Below, one piece after another: positions 1 through 9,124 of a stretch of 57,583 bases of DNA. The notes under the pieces are model-generated. The model did not search any database. It was given only the letters and a program-made list of their open reading frames with translations, and was not told the DNA's origin. Where the stretch lies: contig CAZUJQ010000003.1 of assembly GCA_964620805.1 (NCBI GenBank), positions 1 to 57,583 of the forward strand, in the 5' to 3' direction. Within the stretch, counting starts at the first letter, position 1, and each line of letters begins with the position of its first letter. The DNA is from an uncultured Planctomycetales bacterium (lineage in GTDB: Bacteria; Omnitrophota; Gorgyraeia; Zapsychrales; JAHFFX01). The position numbers were made by a program, and so were the translations under genes.

Positions 1-1
1 G

Positions 2-316
2 TCGAAAGCCTTTCTTCTTACGACAATATTTTCAAAAATTTGCCAAACTCAAGTACCTTATTTTAATATGATCTGGCTAGTATTTCTTTGGTCTTGGTTT
101 AGATATTTTTCTTTAAAAGTTTTCCAATATCCTGCTTCCTATATTTCGTTCTCGATCTCGCTCCACTTATTGTTCATTAGTCTGTTGAGTTTTATCGACC
201 CAACGGAACTTTACTTGTCGGATGCGATGATACGTCTTCTGTTAGCACCGGCTGTCCTGGCGATCCTTTATGTGTTTTTGGTTGAAACCGATAAAACCGG
301 CTGGGTTTTTCAGTGA
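2..316 (+). CDS. Probable C-terminal part of a polytopic membrane protein (or an 82-aa ORF starting at 68)
   Basis: Frame 2 is open from base 2 to the stop ending at 316 and is strongly hydrophobic (..SISLHLLFISLLSFIDPTELYLSDAMIRLLLAPAVLAILYVFLV..). Alternatively a frame-1 gene ends at 66 (..NLPNSSTLF*) and a new ATG starts at 68; the window cannot distinguish these. Confidence 0.5.
   Translation, partial: SKAFLLTTIFSKICQTQVPYFNMIWLVFLWSWFRYFSLKVFQYPASYISFSISLHLLFISLLSFIDPTELYLSDAMIRLLLAPAVLAILYVFLVETDKTGWVFQ
35..53 (+). repeat. Left copy of a 19-bp perfect inverted repeat (AAAATTTGCCAAACTCAAG)
   Basis: Exact reverse complement of 57531-57549; ungapped similarity continues outward (31/38 identical over 16-53 by manual alignment). 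Confidence 0.9.
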
Positions 317-954
317 TAACTATTTATGATTCTTTCTAATTCCTGGGCGAGCGAATAGGCATTTAGTCTCTGAAGGTATACGACCTGCTCTTGGGCGTTG
401 GTTTTATCGCCGTTTTTTAGATAGGCTATCCCTAAATGGTAACGAGCTTCCGGGTATTGAGCTTTGATTCCCAGAGCATTTTGAAGGCATGTGATAGCTT
501 TCTCAAAGAGATCTTTCTTTAAGTAGGCGATCCCCAAATAATAATGGGCCTCTAGATAAAACTGATTAATTTCAACAGCTTTCTCAAAGCAGTCAATGGC
601 TAAATCATAGTTCTTTTCTATGGAATAATAAAGCCCCAGCTCATAATAGACCTCTGCATTTTTTGACCCCCATTTAGCAGCTTTTTTATAGTGCTTGATC
701 TTTCGCTGATCATTACCCTTTAGGCTATAAATCCTGCCTAAATGTTCATGGGGTATTGGATATTTCGGATTGTGGTAAATGGCTTTTTGATAATAGCGGA
801 TCGCTTTAGGATAATTTTTATTTTCTTCATAAGGCATGGCAAAATTGCAAAATATTTTAGCGTAGGTTGGTTGGGGAAGGAGGTTTTCAAAAAAACGCAA
901 AGACATCAGTCCCAGAATTATAAAACCAGTCGTTTTAAATTTGTCCTTGGTCAT
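310..954 (-). CDS. Tetratricopeptide-repeat protein with N-terminal signal/TM segment
   Basis: Repeated TPR motifs (AEVYYELGLYY..AIDCFEKAVEINQ, LEAHYYLGIAY, PEARYHLGIAY). Start reassigned to ATG at 954 (MTKDKFKTTGFIILGLMSL), downstream of a promoter-like element. Confidence 0.85.
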   Translation of the reverse strand: MTKDKFKTTGFIILGLMSLRFFENLLPQPTYAKIFCNFAMPYEENKNYPKAIRYYQKAIYHNPKYPIPHEHLGRIYSLKGNDQRKIKHYKKAAKWGSKNAEVYYELGLYYSIEKNYDLAIDCFEKAVEINQFYLEAHYYLGIAYLKKDLFEKAITCLQNALGIKAQYPEARYHLGIAYLKNGDKTNAQEQVVYLQRLNAYSLAQELERIINSYH

Positions 955-964
955 AATTATAATT

Positions 965-993
965 ATTTTAACAGGAGAAAAAGTATAAATCAA
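965..993 (-). promoter_or_regulatory. Putative sigma70 promoter for the TPR gene
   Basis: Minus strand TTGATT (993-988), 17-nt spacer, TAAAAT (970-965). Confidence 0.55.
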
Positions 994-1086
994 TGTGGGA
1001 TGGATTTGCCATGCGGTCAATAGTATAAAGTCCAGATAAAATATCGTTCGGGAAGATAAAATTTCCGGAAAATTCGCAAGTGTTGC

Positions 1087-1114
1087 TTGACAGACAAAAT
1101 GCAACCCTTATAAT
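1087..1114 (+). promoter_or_regulatory. Consensus sigma70 promoter of the glycan operon
   Basis: TTGACA (1087-1092), 16-nt spacer, TATAAT (1109-1114), 37 nt upstream of the ATG at 1152. Confidence 0.8.
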
Positions 1115-1137
1115 GTTGTTCACAAATTGAACATTAT
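1110..1137. promoter_or_regulatory. Palindromic candidate operator overlapping -10 and the transcription start
   Basis: TGTTCA-CAAAT-TGAACA (1117-1133) overlapping ATAATGT-N14-ACATTAT (1110-1137), directly upstream of a MarR-type gene. Confidence 0.55.
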
Positions 1138-1151
1138 ACCTCTTAAAGGGC

Positions 1152-1703
1152 ATGCCAAAAGATACCTTAGACGAACGGGAATTTGAGCTTGTCAACATCA
1201 TTGGCGCTAAAATCGGCTCCAATCAACGTGATCTATCCCACCACATGGACCTTTCTTTAGGAATGACCAATATGCTTATCCGAAGGCTCATCACCAAAGG
1301 CTACATCAGAATAAAACAGCTTAACAGACGAAAAGTGGAGTATATTCTTACTTCTAAGGGATTTGCCGAGAAAACGCGTAAATCGGTCAAGTATACGCTT
1401 AAAACAATTAATTCCATAAGCATTATAAAAAATCGTCTTAAAGAAATCCTAACCGAACTATACAAAAAAAATGAGAGAAATTTTTTGATTTTAGGCGAAT
1501 CTGATTTGGCGCTTTTAGTCGAGATCGTTTTTAAAGAAATATCTGGCGGGGATTGTAATGTTTCCCGGATAAAGGATGTCGGAACCGATAAAATCGATGG
1601 TATTCTTTTGATCTGCAAAGAGAATTATTCGGGCGGGGTTGATCATAGGGTCCGGAAAAGCATAAACTTCATAGAAGAGCTTGCGAGAAATCACACATTT
1701 TGA
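1152..1703 (+). CDS. Winged-helix MarR-type transcriptional regulator, EPS-locus-associated type
   Basis: SNQRDLSHHMDLSLGMTNMLIRRLITKGYIRIKQLNRRKVEYILTSKGFAEK is a wHTH of the MarR type found heading polysaccharide loci. Confidence 0.85.
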   Translation: MPKDTLDEREFELVNIIGAKIGSNQRDLSHHMDLSLGMTNMLIRRLITKGYIRIKQLNRRKVEYILTSKGFAEKTRKSVKYTLKTINSISIIKNRLKEILTELYKKNERNFLILGESDLALLVEIVFKEISGGDCNVSRIKDVGTDKIDGILLICKENYSGGVDHRVRKSINFIEELARNHTF

Positions 1704-1715
1704 AAAAGGCAAAAA

Positions 1716-2501
1716 ATGAAAGTCATTATTCTCTGTGGCGGGAAAGGCGAGCGTTTACGGGAAGAAACAGAATATAAGCCCAAACCCCTTGTTAAAATTG
1801 GCGCCATGCCCATTTTGTGGCATATCATGAAGATATATTCTTATTATGGTTTTAAAGAGTTTATTTTGTGTTTAGGTTATAAGGGGGAAATGATTAAAGA
1901 TTATTTTCTAAATTTTGAGGAGATGACAAATGATTTTACATTCAATTTACGCTCCAAGGAAAAACGAATCATCCATCATAACCAGAACAAACTGGAAGAT
2001 TGGAAAATCACCTTTGTCGATACCGGAATCGATACCCAAACGGGTGGACGGATCGCAAAGATAAAAGAGTTTATTAAAAAGGAAGAGGATTTCTTTTTGA
2101 CCTATGGGGATGGCCTTTCCGATATAAATATCGCTGCGCTCTATAAATTTCATAGAAGTAAAAAGAAGATTATCACTATTTTAGGGGTGTATCCCAGCAC
2201 GACCTACGGTATTCTTAAGGTCCAAGACGGTGTGGTCCAAACCTTTAAAGAAAAGCCGACTTTAGAGGGTATGGTGAACGGAGGATTTTTCACCTGTAAC
2301 AAGAAAATCTATGACTATATTTCCAATGAGAGGGAATGCGTTTTTGAAGAGGCTCCTTTAAGGAACTTAGTCCATGATAAAAAAGCGGCAGTCTATGTTC
2401 ACAAGGGTTATTGGCAGTGTATGGATAATATCAAGCAGGCCGAGCGATTAAATCATGAGTATGAATCCGGAAACGCCCCTTGGGAAGTATGGAAGAAATG
2501 A
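1716..2501 (+). CDS. rfbF: Glucose-1-phosphate cytidylyltransferase
   Basis: ILCGGKGERLREETEYKPKPLVKIG, VDTGIDTQTGGRI, LTYGDGLSDINI, WQCMD. Confidence 0.88.
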   Translation: MKVIILCGGKGERLREETEYKPKPLVKIGAMPILWHIMKIYSYYGFKEFILCLGYKGEMIKDYFLNFEEMTNDFTFNLRSKEKRIIHHNQNKLEDWKITFVDTGIDTQTGGRIAKIKEFIKKEEDFFLTYGDGLSDINIAALYKFHRSKKKIITILGVYPSTTYGILKVQDGVVQTFKEKPTLEGMVNGGFFTCNKKIYDYISNERECVFEEAPLRNLVHDKKAAVYVHKGYWQCMDNIKQAERLNHEYESGNAPWEVWKK

Positions 2502-2504
2502 TTT

Positions 2505-3494
2505 ATGGTCAATAAGACATATTGGAAGAATCGACAGGTCCTCATCACAGGTTATGAAGGTTTTTTGGGTTCATGGCTCACCAGAAGCTTACTAGAATTG
2601 GATGCGCGCATCATTGGTATTGATAAAGTAAAAAAGAGAGCGCATTCTGTTTTAGAGGGATTAAGGAAGAACGTTGTCTGTATTAAAGGCAATATTGCAG
2701 ATCTGAAATTCGTGGTAAGGATTATGAATCATTACCGCCCGCAGATCATATTCCATTTGGCTGCAGAGGCGGTTGTGGGTAAGGCCAATAGCAATCCCAT
2801 TCAAGCCTTTAAGTCGAATATCGAAGGGACATGGAATATTTTGGAAGCCTCCAAGAGCAAAAGTTTTATTGAAGCGATTGTTTCAGCCTCTAGCGACAAA
2901 GCTTATGGTGCCCATAAAAAACTTCCTTATAAAGAAAGTACACCTCTTTGCGGAGAACACCCTTACGATGTTTCCAAAAGCTGTGCGGATCTTTTGTGTT
3001 ACGCCTATTATAAAACTTACAACGTTCCTGTCTGTGTGACTCGCTGCGGCAATATCTATGGGCCGGGGGATTTTCATTTCTCGCGGATTGTTCCCGATAG
3101 TATCCGCAGCATCCTCAAAGGCAGACAGTTTGTTATCAGAAGCGACGGAAAGTTCACGCGAGATTATGTTTATATTAAAGACATCGTGCTCGTTTATTTA
3201 ATCTTGGCTCAAAAGATGAAACAATTAAAACTTTACGGACAGGCCTTCAATTTCAGCAATGAACAACCCATCGAAGTTTCAAGCCTTTATCAACTCATAG
3301 TTAAGCTTTGCGGTAGAAATGGCAAAAAAGACAAGAGAAAACCCAAAATTCTCAATGCGGCTCACTTTGAAATCAGGCATCAATATCTTTCTTCTCAAAA
3401 AGCTCGTCTTATCTTGAATTGGAGGCCGCAGTACGATTTAAAAACGGGATTGATAGAAACTATCGACTGGTATAAGCAGAATTTAAAGGGATAA
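2505..3494 (+). CDS. rfbG: CDP-glucose 4,6-dehydratase-like extended SDR
   Basis: YWKNRQVLITGYEGFLGSWL, HLAAEAVV, SSDKAYG, PYDVSK, TRCGNIYGPGD; follows rfbF. Confidence 0.72.
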   Translation: MVNKTYWKNRQVLITGYEGFLGSWLTRSLLELDARIIGIDKVKKRAHSVLEGLRKNVVCIKGNIADLKFVVRIMNHYRPQIIFHLAAEAVVGKANSNPIQAFKSNIEGTWNILEASKSKSFIEAIVSASSDKAYGAHKKLPYKESTPLCGEHPYDVSKSCADLLCYAYYKTYNVPVCVTRCGNIYGPGDFHFSRIVPDSIRSILKGRQFVIRSDGKFTRDYVYIKDIVLVYLILAQKMKQLKLYGQAFNFSNEQPIEVSSLYQLIVKLCGRNGKKDKRKPKILNAAHFEIRHQYLSSQKARLILNWRPQYDLKTGLIETIDWYKQNLKG

Positions 3495-3509
3495 GCGATT
3501 TTAAATAAG

Positions 3510-5303
3510 ATGATGATGTCGGCGTTAAGCGATAAAATAAGCAGCCTTAAAATTCTGTGGTATTTTTTCAGACCCCATAAACCGCAGATGATCATGGTAT
3601 TTTTCCTGATGATCATCTCCAGCCTTTCTGAATCCTTAAACCTCGCCGCCTTATATCCTATTATTAATTACGGCCTTCAATTAGAAGCGAGTAATAAAGT
3701 TTTAAAATCGCTCGAGAGGATCATTAGTCTCTTTGGCGAAAGCAATCTCTTTATCTCTTCTTGCATTCTTTTGATTGTTTTAACCGTGATGGCTACTGCT
3801 TGGCGGATTATTTACAGTTTTTGTGCCAATAAACTGATTGTGAAAATTATCTCCGAGAATCAAAATGCAATTTTTGAGAAATATCTACAAGCCGATTACG
3901 ACTTTTTTATCGAAAGCCAGCAAGGCAAACTCGTGTATGGCGGGACGGTAGCTCCCATTGGTGTTTCCACCAATATATTTTATGCCATTAGAATAACCAA
4001 CAGCCTGATGACTTCTTTATTTTTTGCCGTTTTACTTTTTATCCTGGCGTGGCAAGCTACCGCCTTGATCCTTTTGGTGACCACGCTTTATGTCCTTATT
4101 GTCAGGAGGACAACCAAAAAGATCGTTAATCGGTATGCCCATTTATCCGTAGATGAAGACAGAAAAAAGAATGTGATTTTAAATGAATTTATTACCGGCA
4201 TTAAAACCATCAAGATTTTCTTAAATCTCGAATACTGGAAAAGAAAGTATGCCCAGGCCGTCGAAAACAGCGCCGCTTACAACTTTATCGTGATGATGGG
4301 CCGGGTATTACCCGACAGCTCTTTAAAGTTTATCTTTTTTATTGTTTTTGCCCTGATTGGTATCCTTTTAAATTTTAAGCAAGCGGGTAATATCCTGCCT
4401 GCCATTCCGCTTCTGGGAACCTTTGCGATGGTTGCCATGCGCCTGATTCCCTATGTGAATTTAGCCGGAAACGATATTGTGGGGCTGGCCAGATTTATGC
4501 CCGATGTAAAAATCGTTTATGATATTCTTCATCAAGACATGAATAAGATAAAAAATGGCACCAAAATCTTTAATGATTTTAAAAGAAACATCGTTTTTAA
4601 CGATATCTGGTTTAAGCACCAGGGCATGGGAAATTTTCTGCTTCAAGGGGTTAGTTTTACCATTGAAAAAAGCAAGATGACAGCGATTGTCGGTCCTTCA
4701 GGGTCGGGAAAATCAACGATTATCCATCTCTTGCTGCGGTTATACGACATTGAAAAAGGTCAAATCCTCATCGATGGTGACGATATCAGGGAATTTACAA
4801 CGCAGTCGTATTTGCCCAAATTCGGCTATGTGAGCCAGGAGACATTTATTTTTAATGGGATGATCAAAGACAACATCCGTTTCGGGATGGAAGATTGTGA
4901 TGAGGCAGCCATTATTGAGGCCGCCAAACTGGCCAACGCCCATGAATTTATTTTGGAAACACAGAACAGTTATGGTACAGTCATCGGGGATGCCGGTATG
5001 AAGCTTTCCGGTGGCCAGAGGCAGCGTATTGCGATAGCGCGGGCGATTTTGCGCAAGCCGCAGGTTTTAGTTTTAGATGAAGCCACAAGCTCGCTTGACA
5101 ATATCTCCGAGAAAGCCATCCAAGAGGCTATTAATAAAATTCAGCAGCATACCACCCTTTTAATCATAGCGCATCGCCTCTCCACGGTACAGAATGCTGA
5201 TAAAATTATCGTCATTGACAACGGGCGGGTTGTTGAAACAGGAAGCCATCAGGATTTATTTGAGAAAGAAAAGGCTTATTTTAGTTTGTATCGAGACCAT
5301 TAA
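3510..5303 (+). CDS. ABC transporter permease-ATPase fusion (MsbA/PglK-like glycan flippase)
   Basis: N-terminal TM domain; Walker A GPSGSGKS, signature LSGGQRQR, Walker B VLVLDEATS, H-loop IAHRL. Confidence 0.88.
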   Translation: MMMSALSDKISSLKILWYFFRPHKPQMIMVFFLMIISSLSESLNLAALYPIINYGLQLEASNKVLKSLERIISLFGESNLFISSCILLIVLTVMATAWRIIYSFCANKLIVKIISENQNAIFEKYLQADYDFFIESQQGKLVYGGTVAPIGVSTNIFYAIRITNSLMTSLFFAVLLFILAWQATALILLVTTLYVLIVRRTTKKIVNRYAHLSVDEDRKKNVILNEFITGIKTIKIFLNLEYWKRKYAQAVENSAAYNFIVMMGRVLPDSSLKFIFFIVFALIGILLNFKQAGNILPAIPLLGTFAMVAMRLIPYVNLAGNDIVGLARFMPDVKIVYDILHQDMNKIKNGTKIFNDFKRNIVFNDIWFKHQGMGNFLLQGVSFTIEKSKMTAIVGPSGSGKSTIIHLLLRLYDIEKGQILIDGDDIREFTTQSYLPKFGYVSQETFIFNGMIKDNIRFGMEDCDEAAIIEAAKLANAHEFILETQNSYGTVIGDAGMKLSGGQRQRIAIARAILRKPQVLVLDEATSSLDNISEKAIQEAINKIQQHTTLLIIAHRLSTVQNADKIIVIDNGRVVETGSHQDLFEKEKAYFSLYRDH

Positions 5304-5319
5304 AATTAAAAAGAGGCGT

Positions 5320-5763
5320 ATGGAAGAAAAAATAGAACACATAGAAGGTGGCATTGCCATCGATGATCGAGGGCAGATCCAGTTTTGCAACGGTTTCACT
5401 TTTAAGGATATCCGCCGTTTTTATATCATTTTTAATCATGAAGCGCAATTTGTGAGGGCCTGGCACGGACATAAAAATGAAACAAAGTATGCGTTTGTCG
5501 TTTCCGGTGCGGCTATCGTTGCGGCTGTCAAAATCGACCATTGGGAAAGACCGGATAAAAACGCAAAGATGCACCGTTATGTGCTTAGCGAAAAAAAGCC
5601 GAGTATTTTAAAAATTCCCGGGGGTTTTGCCCATGGCTTTAAAACATTGACAAAAGATACGAAAATCATTTTTTTCTCTACCTCAACGGTTGAAGAAAGC
5701 CTCAAAGACGATTACCGCTTTGAAGCCTATTATTGGAATCCTTGGGAAATCCTGCAAAGATGA
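5320..5763 (+). CDS. Cupin-fold NDP-4-keto-6-deoxyhexose 3,5-epimerase (RmlC-like)
   Basis: DDRG, VRAWHGHK, IPGGFAHGFKTL; start moved to ATG 5320 behind AAGAGG. Confidence 0.8.
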   Translation: MEEKIEHIEGGIAIDDRGQIQFCNGFTFKDIRRFYIIFNHEAQFVRAWHGHKNETKYAFVVSGAAIVAAVKIDHWERPDKNAKMHRYVLSEKKPSILKIPGGFAHGFKTLTKDTKIIFFSTSTVEESLKDDYRFEAYYWNPWEILQR

Positions 5764-7217
5764 CAAAAAAGAAAGGTGACGTTATGGCCACCTATCCCTT
5801 GAATAACTTCGAGCTGATGCCTGCGTCTAAACTCAAGGCAGAAAATACCATTCATGATGCCCTGGATATTATTGAGGATAGGTATTGGATGATTGTTGTG
5901 ATTGTGGATGAGAAGGACAAAATCTGCGGTGTGGCCTCTGCCGGTGATTTACGTAAGGCTATTCTGAATGGAAGTTCGGTATACGCCTCACTCTCATCGG
6001 TCATGAATAAAAATCCTGTGTCTATCAAAGTAGGCCAATTACGGAATGTCAAAAGTGTCAACCGTGTTTTAGATGATTTAAGAAAGCGTTATGGCAGTAT
6101 CACGATGTTATACGCCATGGTTCCGGTCGTCAGCGAAGAGGAGCGCGTGCTCGGTCTAATCAGCCTCGAGTCTTTAACCAGTTACACTTCGAGTCCTGAG
6201 ATTAAGGCCCATCGACGCACCGTTTTAGTGGTCGGGGGTGCAGGCTACATCGGATCCGTTTTAACGAGGATATTATTGGAAAGCGGATGGAGTGTGCGGG
6301 TGTTGGATAAATTATTATATTCACAAGATTCTCTCAAAGGCCTCCAGGACGACCGGTTTACACTGATCAAAGGCGATGCCGGAAATATCGATGATATTGT
6401 GACCACGGTTGAGAATGTGGATGCTGTGGTTTATCTGGCGGAATTGGTTGGTGACCCCGCTTGTTCCTTTGCGCCCCAATCGACCTTAAAGACGAACTAT
6501 TTAGCCGTGACCTCGATGGCCCATTTGTGCTCACACTTAAACATCAACCGGTTTGTTTATACTTCGTCGTGCAGTGTGTATGGGGCCAGTAAAAATTTAG
6601 ACGACTTATTAAGCGAGGAATCGTCCGTTGAGCCGATTTCGCTTTATGCGAGGATAAAAGCACTCGTCGAGCAATCTATTCTGTCGGTGTGCAACTTGCC
6701 TAATCAATTATTTGCGCCCACCATTTTACGCTTAGGGACAGTTTTCGGTCATTCGTATCGCCCGCGGTTTGATCTGGTGGTTAATACTTTTGTTAAAAAT
6801 GCTTTGCAAAAAGGGATCATAGAGGTTTTCGGCGGGGAACAATGGCGGCCGAATGTTCATGTGAGGGATGTGGGGCAAGCCATTCTTCGCGTTTTGAATG
6901 CCCCCATGGAAAAAGTGAGGGCGCAAGTTTTTAACGTTGGCAGCAACGAGTTAAATTATCCCATTGGTGATTTGGCAAAGATTGCCAAGGAAGTTTTTCC
7001 GGAAGTCAAAATCGTTAAAAAGAAGAACGTTGTTGATGATAGAAATTACCGTGTCAGCTTTACCAAAATTGAAAAGGTATTAGGATCTCAGGGCATGGTC
7101 GGCATTAAAGAAGGAATGATGGAATTAAAAAAAGCCCTCGAGCAAAATGAATTAGCCGATTTGGATGCGGCTAAATACAGCAATTTTAAAATGCTTCAGG
7201 AGTTAAAATTAGTTTGA
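5760..7217 (+). CDS. CBS-pair domain fused to NAD-dependent epimerase/dehydratase
   Basis: N-terminal CBS-like IVVIVDEKDKICGVASAGDLRKAIL..VMNKNP..VPVVSEEERVLGLIS; C-terminal GGAGYIG and YARIK. ATG overlaps the upstream stop. Confidence 0.8.
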   Translation: MTKKKGDVMATYPLNNFELMPASKLKAENTIHDALDIIEDRYWMIVVIVDEKDKICGVASAGDLRKAILNGSSVYASLSSVMNKNPVSIKVGQLRNVKSVNRVLDDLRKRYGSITMLYAMVPVVSEEERVLGLISLESLTSYTSSPEIKAHRRTVLVVGGAGYIGSVLTRILLESGWSVRVLDKLLYSQDSLKGLQDDRFTLIKGDAGNIDDIVTTVENVDAVVYLAELVGDPACSFAPQSTLKTNYLAVTSMAHLCSHLNINRFVYTSSCSVYGASKNLDDLLSEESSVEPISLYARIKALVEQSILSVCNLPNQLFAPTILRLGTVFGHSYRPRFDLVVNTFVKNALQKGIIEVFGGEQWRPNVHVRDVGQAILRVLNAPMEKVRAQVFNVGSNELNYPIGDLAKIAKEVFPEVKIVKKKNVVDDRNYRVSFTKIEKVLGSQGMVGIKEGMMELKKALEQNELADLDAAKYSNFKMLQELKLV

Positions 7218-7221
7218 AATC

Positions 7222-8439
7222 ATGTCAACGCCATCAGAATCACTGAGAACAACTTATATCCCTTACGCGAGGCAGAGTTTGGATGCCGACGATATTGAGG
7301 CTGTTGTTGAGACTTTAAGAAGCGATTGGATCACCCAAGGACCAAAAATCAACGAATTCGAAAAGGCGGTTGCCGCCAAGGTCCAAGCCCAATATGCCAT
7401 CGCCGTTTCAACGGGAACGGCAGCGCTTCATTGTGCCTGCTTTGCGGCAGGAATAACAAAGGGAGACGAAGTTATCACCTCTCCCATTACTTTTGCGGCA
7501 AGCGGAAATTGTGCTCTTTTTTTGGGGGCTTCGGTTAAATTTGTTGATATACGACCGGATACTTATTGCATTGATTACAAAAAATTGGAATCGGCCATAA
7601 CCTTCCGCACCAAAGCAATCATACCGGTCGATTTTGCCGGCCAGCCCTGTGATATGGATGAAATCAACGCCATCGCCAAAAAATATCATTTAATCGTGAT
7701 TCATGATGCCGCTCATTCGCTGGGCGCAGCATATAAAAATCGGCCCGTAGGTTCGCTTGCCGATATGACCATCTTATCCTTTCATCCGGTCAAACACATT
7801 ACAACAGGTGAAGGGGGAATGGTTTTAACCGACGGTGAACAATTGGCCAAACAGTTGCGGCTTTTTCGTACGCACGGAATCACCAGCAATGAGGAAAGCA
7901 TGATTCTAAGAGATCAGGCCGCCGATAATAACGGCTTAAATGGCGGGAACGGAAATTCCAAGGCCGCCTGGTACTATGAGATGCAGGCGTTAGGGTACAA
8001 CTACCGCATTACAGATATGCAATGTGCGCTGGGTTTAAGTCAATTGAAGAAATTAGACGACTTTATTAACCGTCGCAGGAAAATTGTCGAACGGTACAAT
8101 CAGGCCTTTAAAGAATCTCCTTTTATCATTATTCCGCATGTGGAAAAGGACCGTCAAAGCGCCTGGCATCTTTATATGCTGCGTTTGAGGTTGGATAAAA
8201 TGACTAAAACACGACGTCAAGTCTTTGAGGAGTTGCGATCGTTAGGAATCGGCGTGCACGTTCATTACATTCCTCTCCATCTACAACCTTACTATCAAAA
8301 AAATTTTGGCTATAAAAGGGGGGATTTTCCCCAGGCAGAAAGCTACTATGATTCGGCCTTGACGATCCCTTTATTCCCCAGCATGACGGATGAGGAATGT
8401 CGCTATATTATCGAAGGGGTGTTAAAAACAGTTCAATGA
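7222..8439 (+). CDS. pseC: DegT-family sugar aminotransferase, PseC type
   Basis: IPYARQ..WITQGP, SFHPVKHITTGEGG (PLP lysine), WYYEMQALGYNYRITDMQCALG. Confidence 0.85.
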   Translation: MSTPSESLRTTYIPYARQSLDADDIEAVVETLRSDWITQGPKINEFEKAVAAKVQAQYAIAVSTGTAALHCACFAAGITKGDEVITSPITFAASGNCALFLGASVKFVDIRPDTYCIDYKKLESAITFRTKAIIPVDFAGQPCDMDEINAIAKKYHLIVIHDAAHSLGAAYKNRPVGSLADMTILSFHPVKHITTGEGGMVLTDGEQLAKQLRLFRTHGITSNEESMILRDQAADNNGLNGGNGNSKAAWYYEMQALGYNYRITDMQCALGLSQLKKLDDFINRRRKIVERYNQAFKESPFIIIPHVEKDRQSAWHLYMLRLRLDKMTKTRRQVFEELRSLGIGVHVHYIPLHLQPYYQKNFGYKRGDFPQAESYYDSALTIPLFPSMTDEECRYIIEGVLKTVQ

Positions 8440-9095
8440 TTACATTACCAGATTTTAGTAAGACTTTTGATTACGAAAATAACTTTTATCTCTCCTGTGA
8501 TGCAACGAGGATAGGTAAAATGCTTGCCCAGTACGAACTCTATAAGATGGTCCATGAAATTCCCGGGGTCATCGTAGAATGCGGCGTGCTTAAAGGGTGC
8601 TCGTTTATCCGGTTTGCATCTTTTCGCGATCTATTTGGACATGCTTTTTCTAGGAAGCTCATCGGTTTCGATACTTTCGGAACTTTCCCAGAGACTCATT
8701 TTGAGGCGGATAAAACAATGAGGCAGAGACACGAAGAGATGTGCGGAGAAAGCATATCAAAACAGCAATTACTGGGAGTTTTGCAACATAAGGGCTTGGA
8801 TAAAAATGTCGAACTCATTGAAGGAGATATCACCGAGACACTGCCTAAATATCTCGCTGGTCATTATGAATTGAAGCTCTCTCTTTTAAATATGGATGTG
8901 GATATCTACGAACCTTCAAAACTCATCTTAGAAAGTCTTTTCCCTAGGATTGTCAAAGGGGGTGTCTTGATTCTTGATGATTACGGGGTTTTCCCCGGTG
9001 AGACAAAAGCGGCAGACGAATATTTTAAGAATAAAAATATCAAGATCCAAAAATTCCCTTTTTGCATGACGCCCAGCTACGTGATTAAAGAATGA
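8436..9095 (+). CDS. TylF/MycF/NovP-family O-methyltransferase
   Basis: GVIVECGVLKG, GFDTF, LLNMDVDIYEPS, GGVLILDDYG; start at ATG 8436 overlapping the pseC stop. Confidence 0.8.
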   Translation: MITLPDFSKTFDYENNFYLSCDATRIGKMLAQYELYKMVHEIPGVIVECGVLKGCSFIRFASFRDLFGHAFSRKLIGFDTFGTFPETHFEADKTMRQRHEEMCGESISKQQLLGVLQHKGLDKNVELIEGDITETLPKYLAGHYELKLSLLNMDVDIYEPSKLILESLFPRIVKGGVLILDDYGVFPGETKAADEYFKNKNIKIQKFPFCMTPSYVIKE

Positions 9096-9124
9096 GGAAG
9101 CGGATAGGATAAAAAAGGCAAACG

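Noticed and set aside
293-309. AAAACC-GGCTG-GGTTTT as a terminator
   Set aside because: The stem is AT-rich and weak and lies within a probable coding region.
955-1104. N-terminal 50 aa of the 264-aa TPR ORF, and similar extensions on ORFs at 5194, 8397, 10069, 13792, 23238, 41095, 42889, 45883 and 48015
   Set aside because: They overlap promoters or upstream genes; downstream ATGs with RBS or stop-start coupling fit better.
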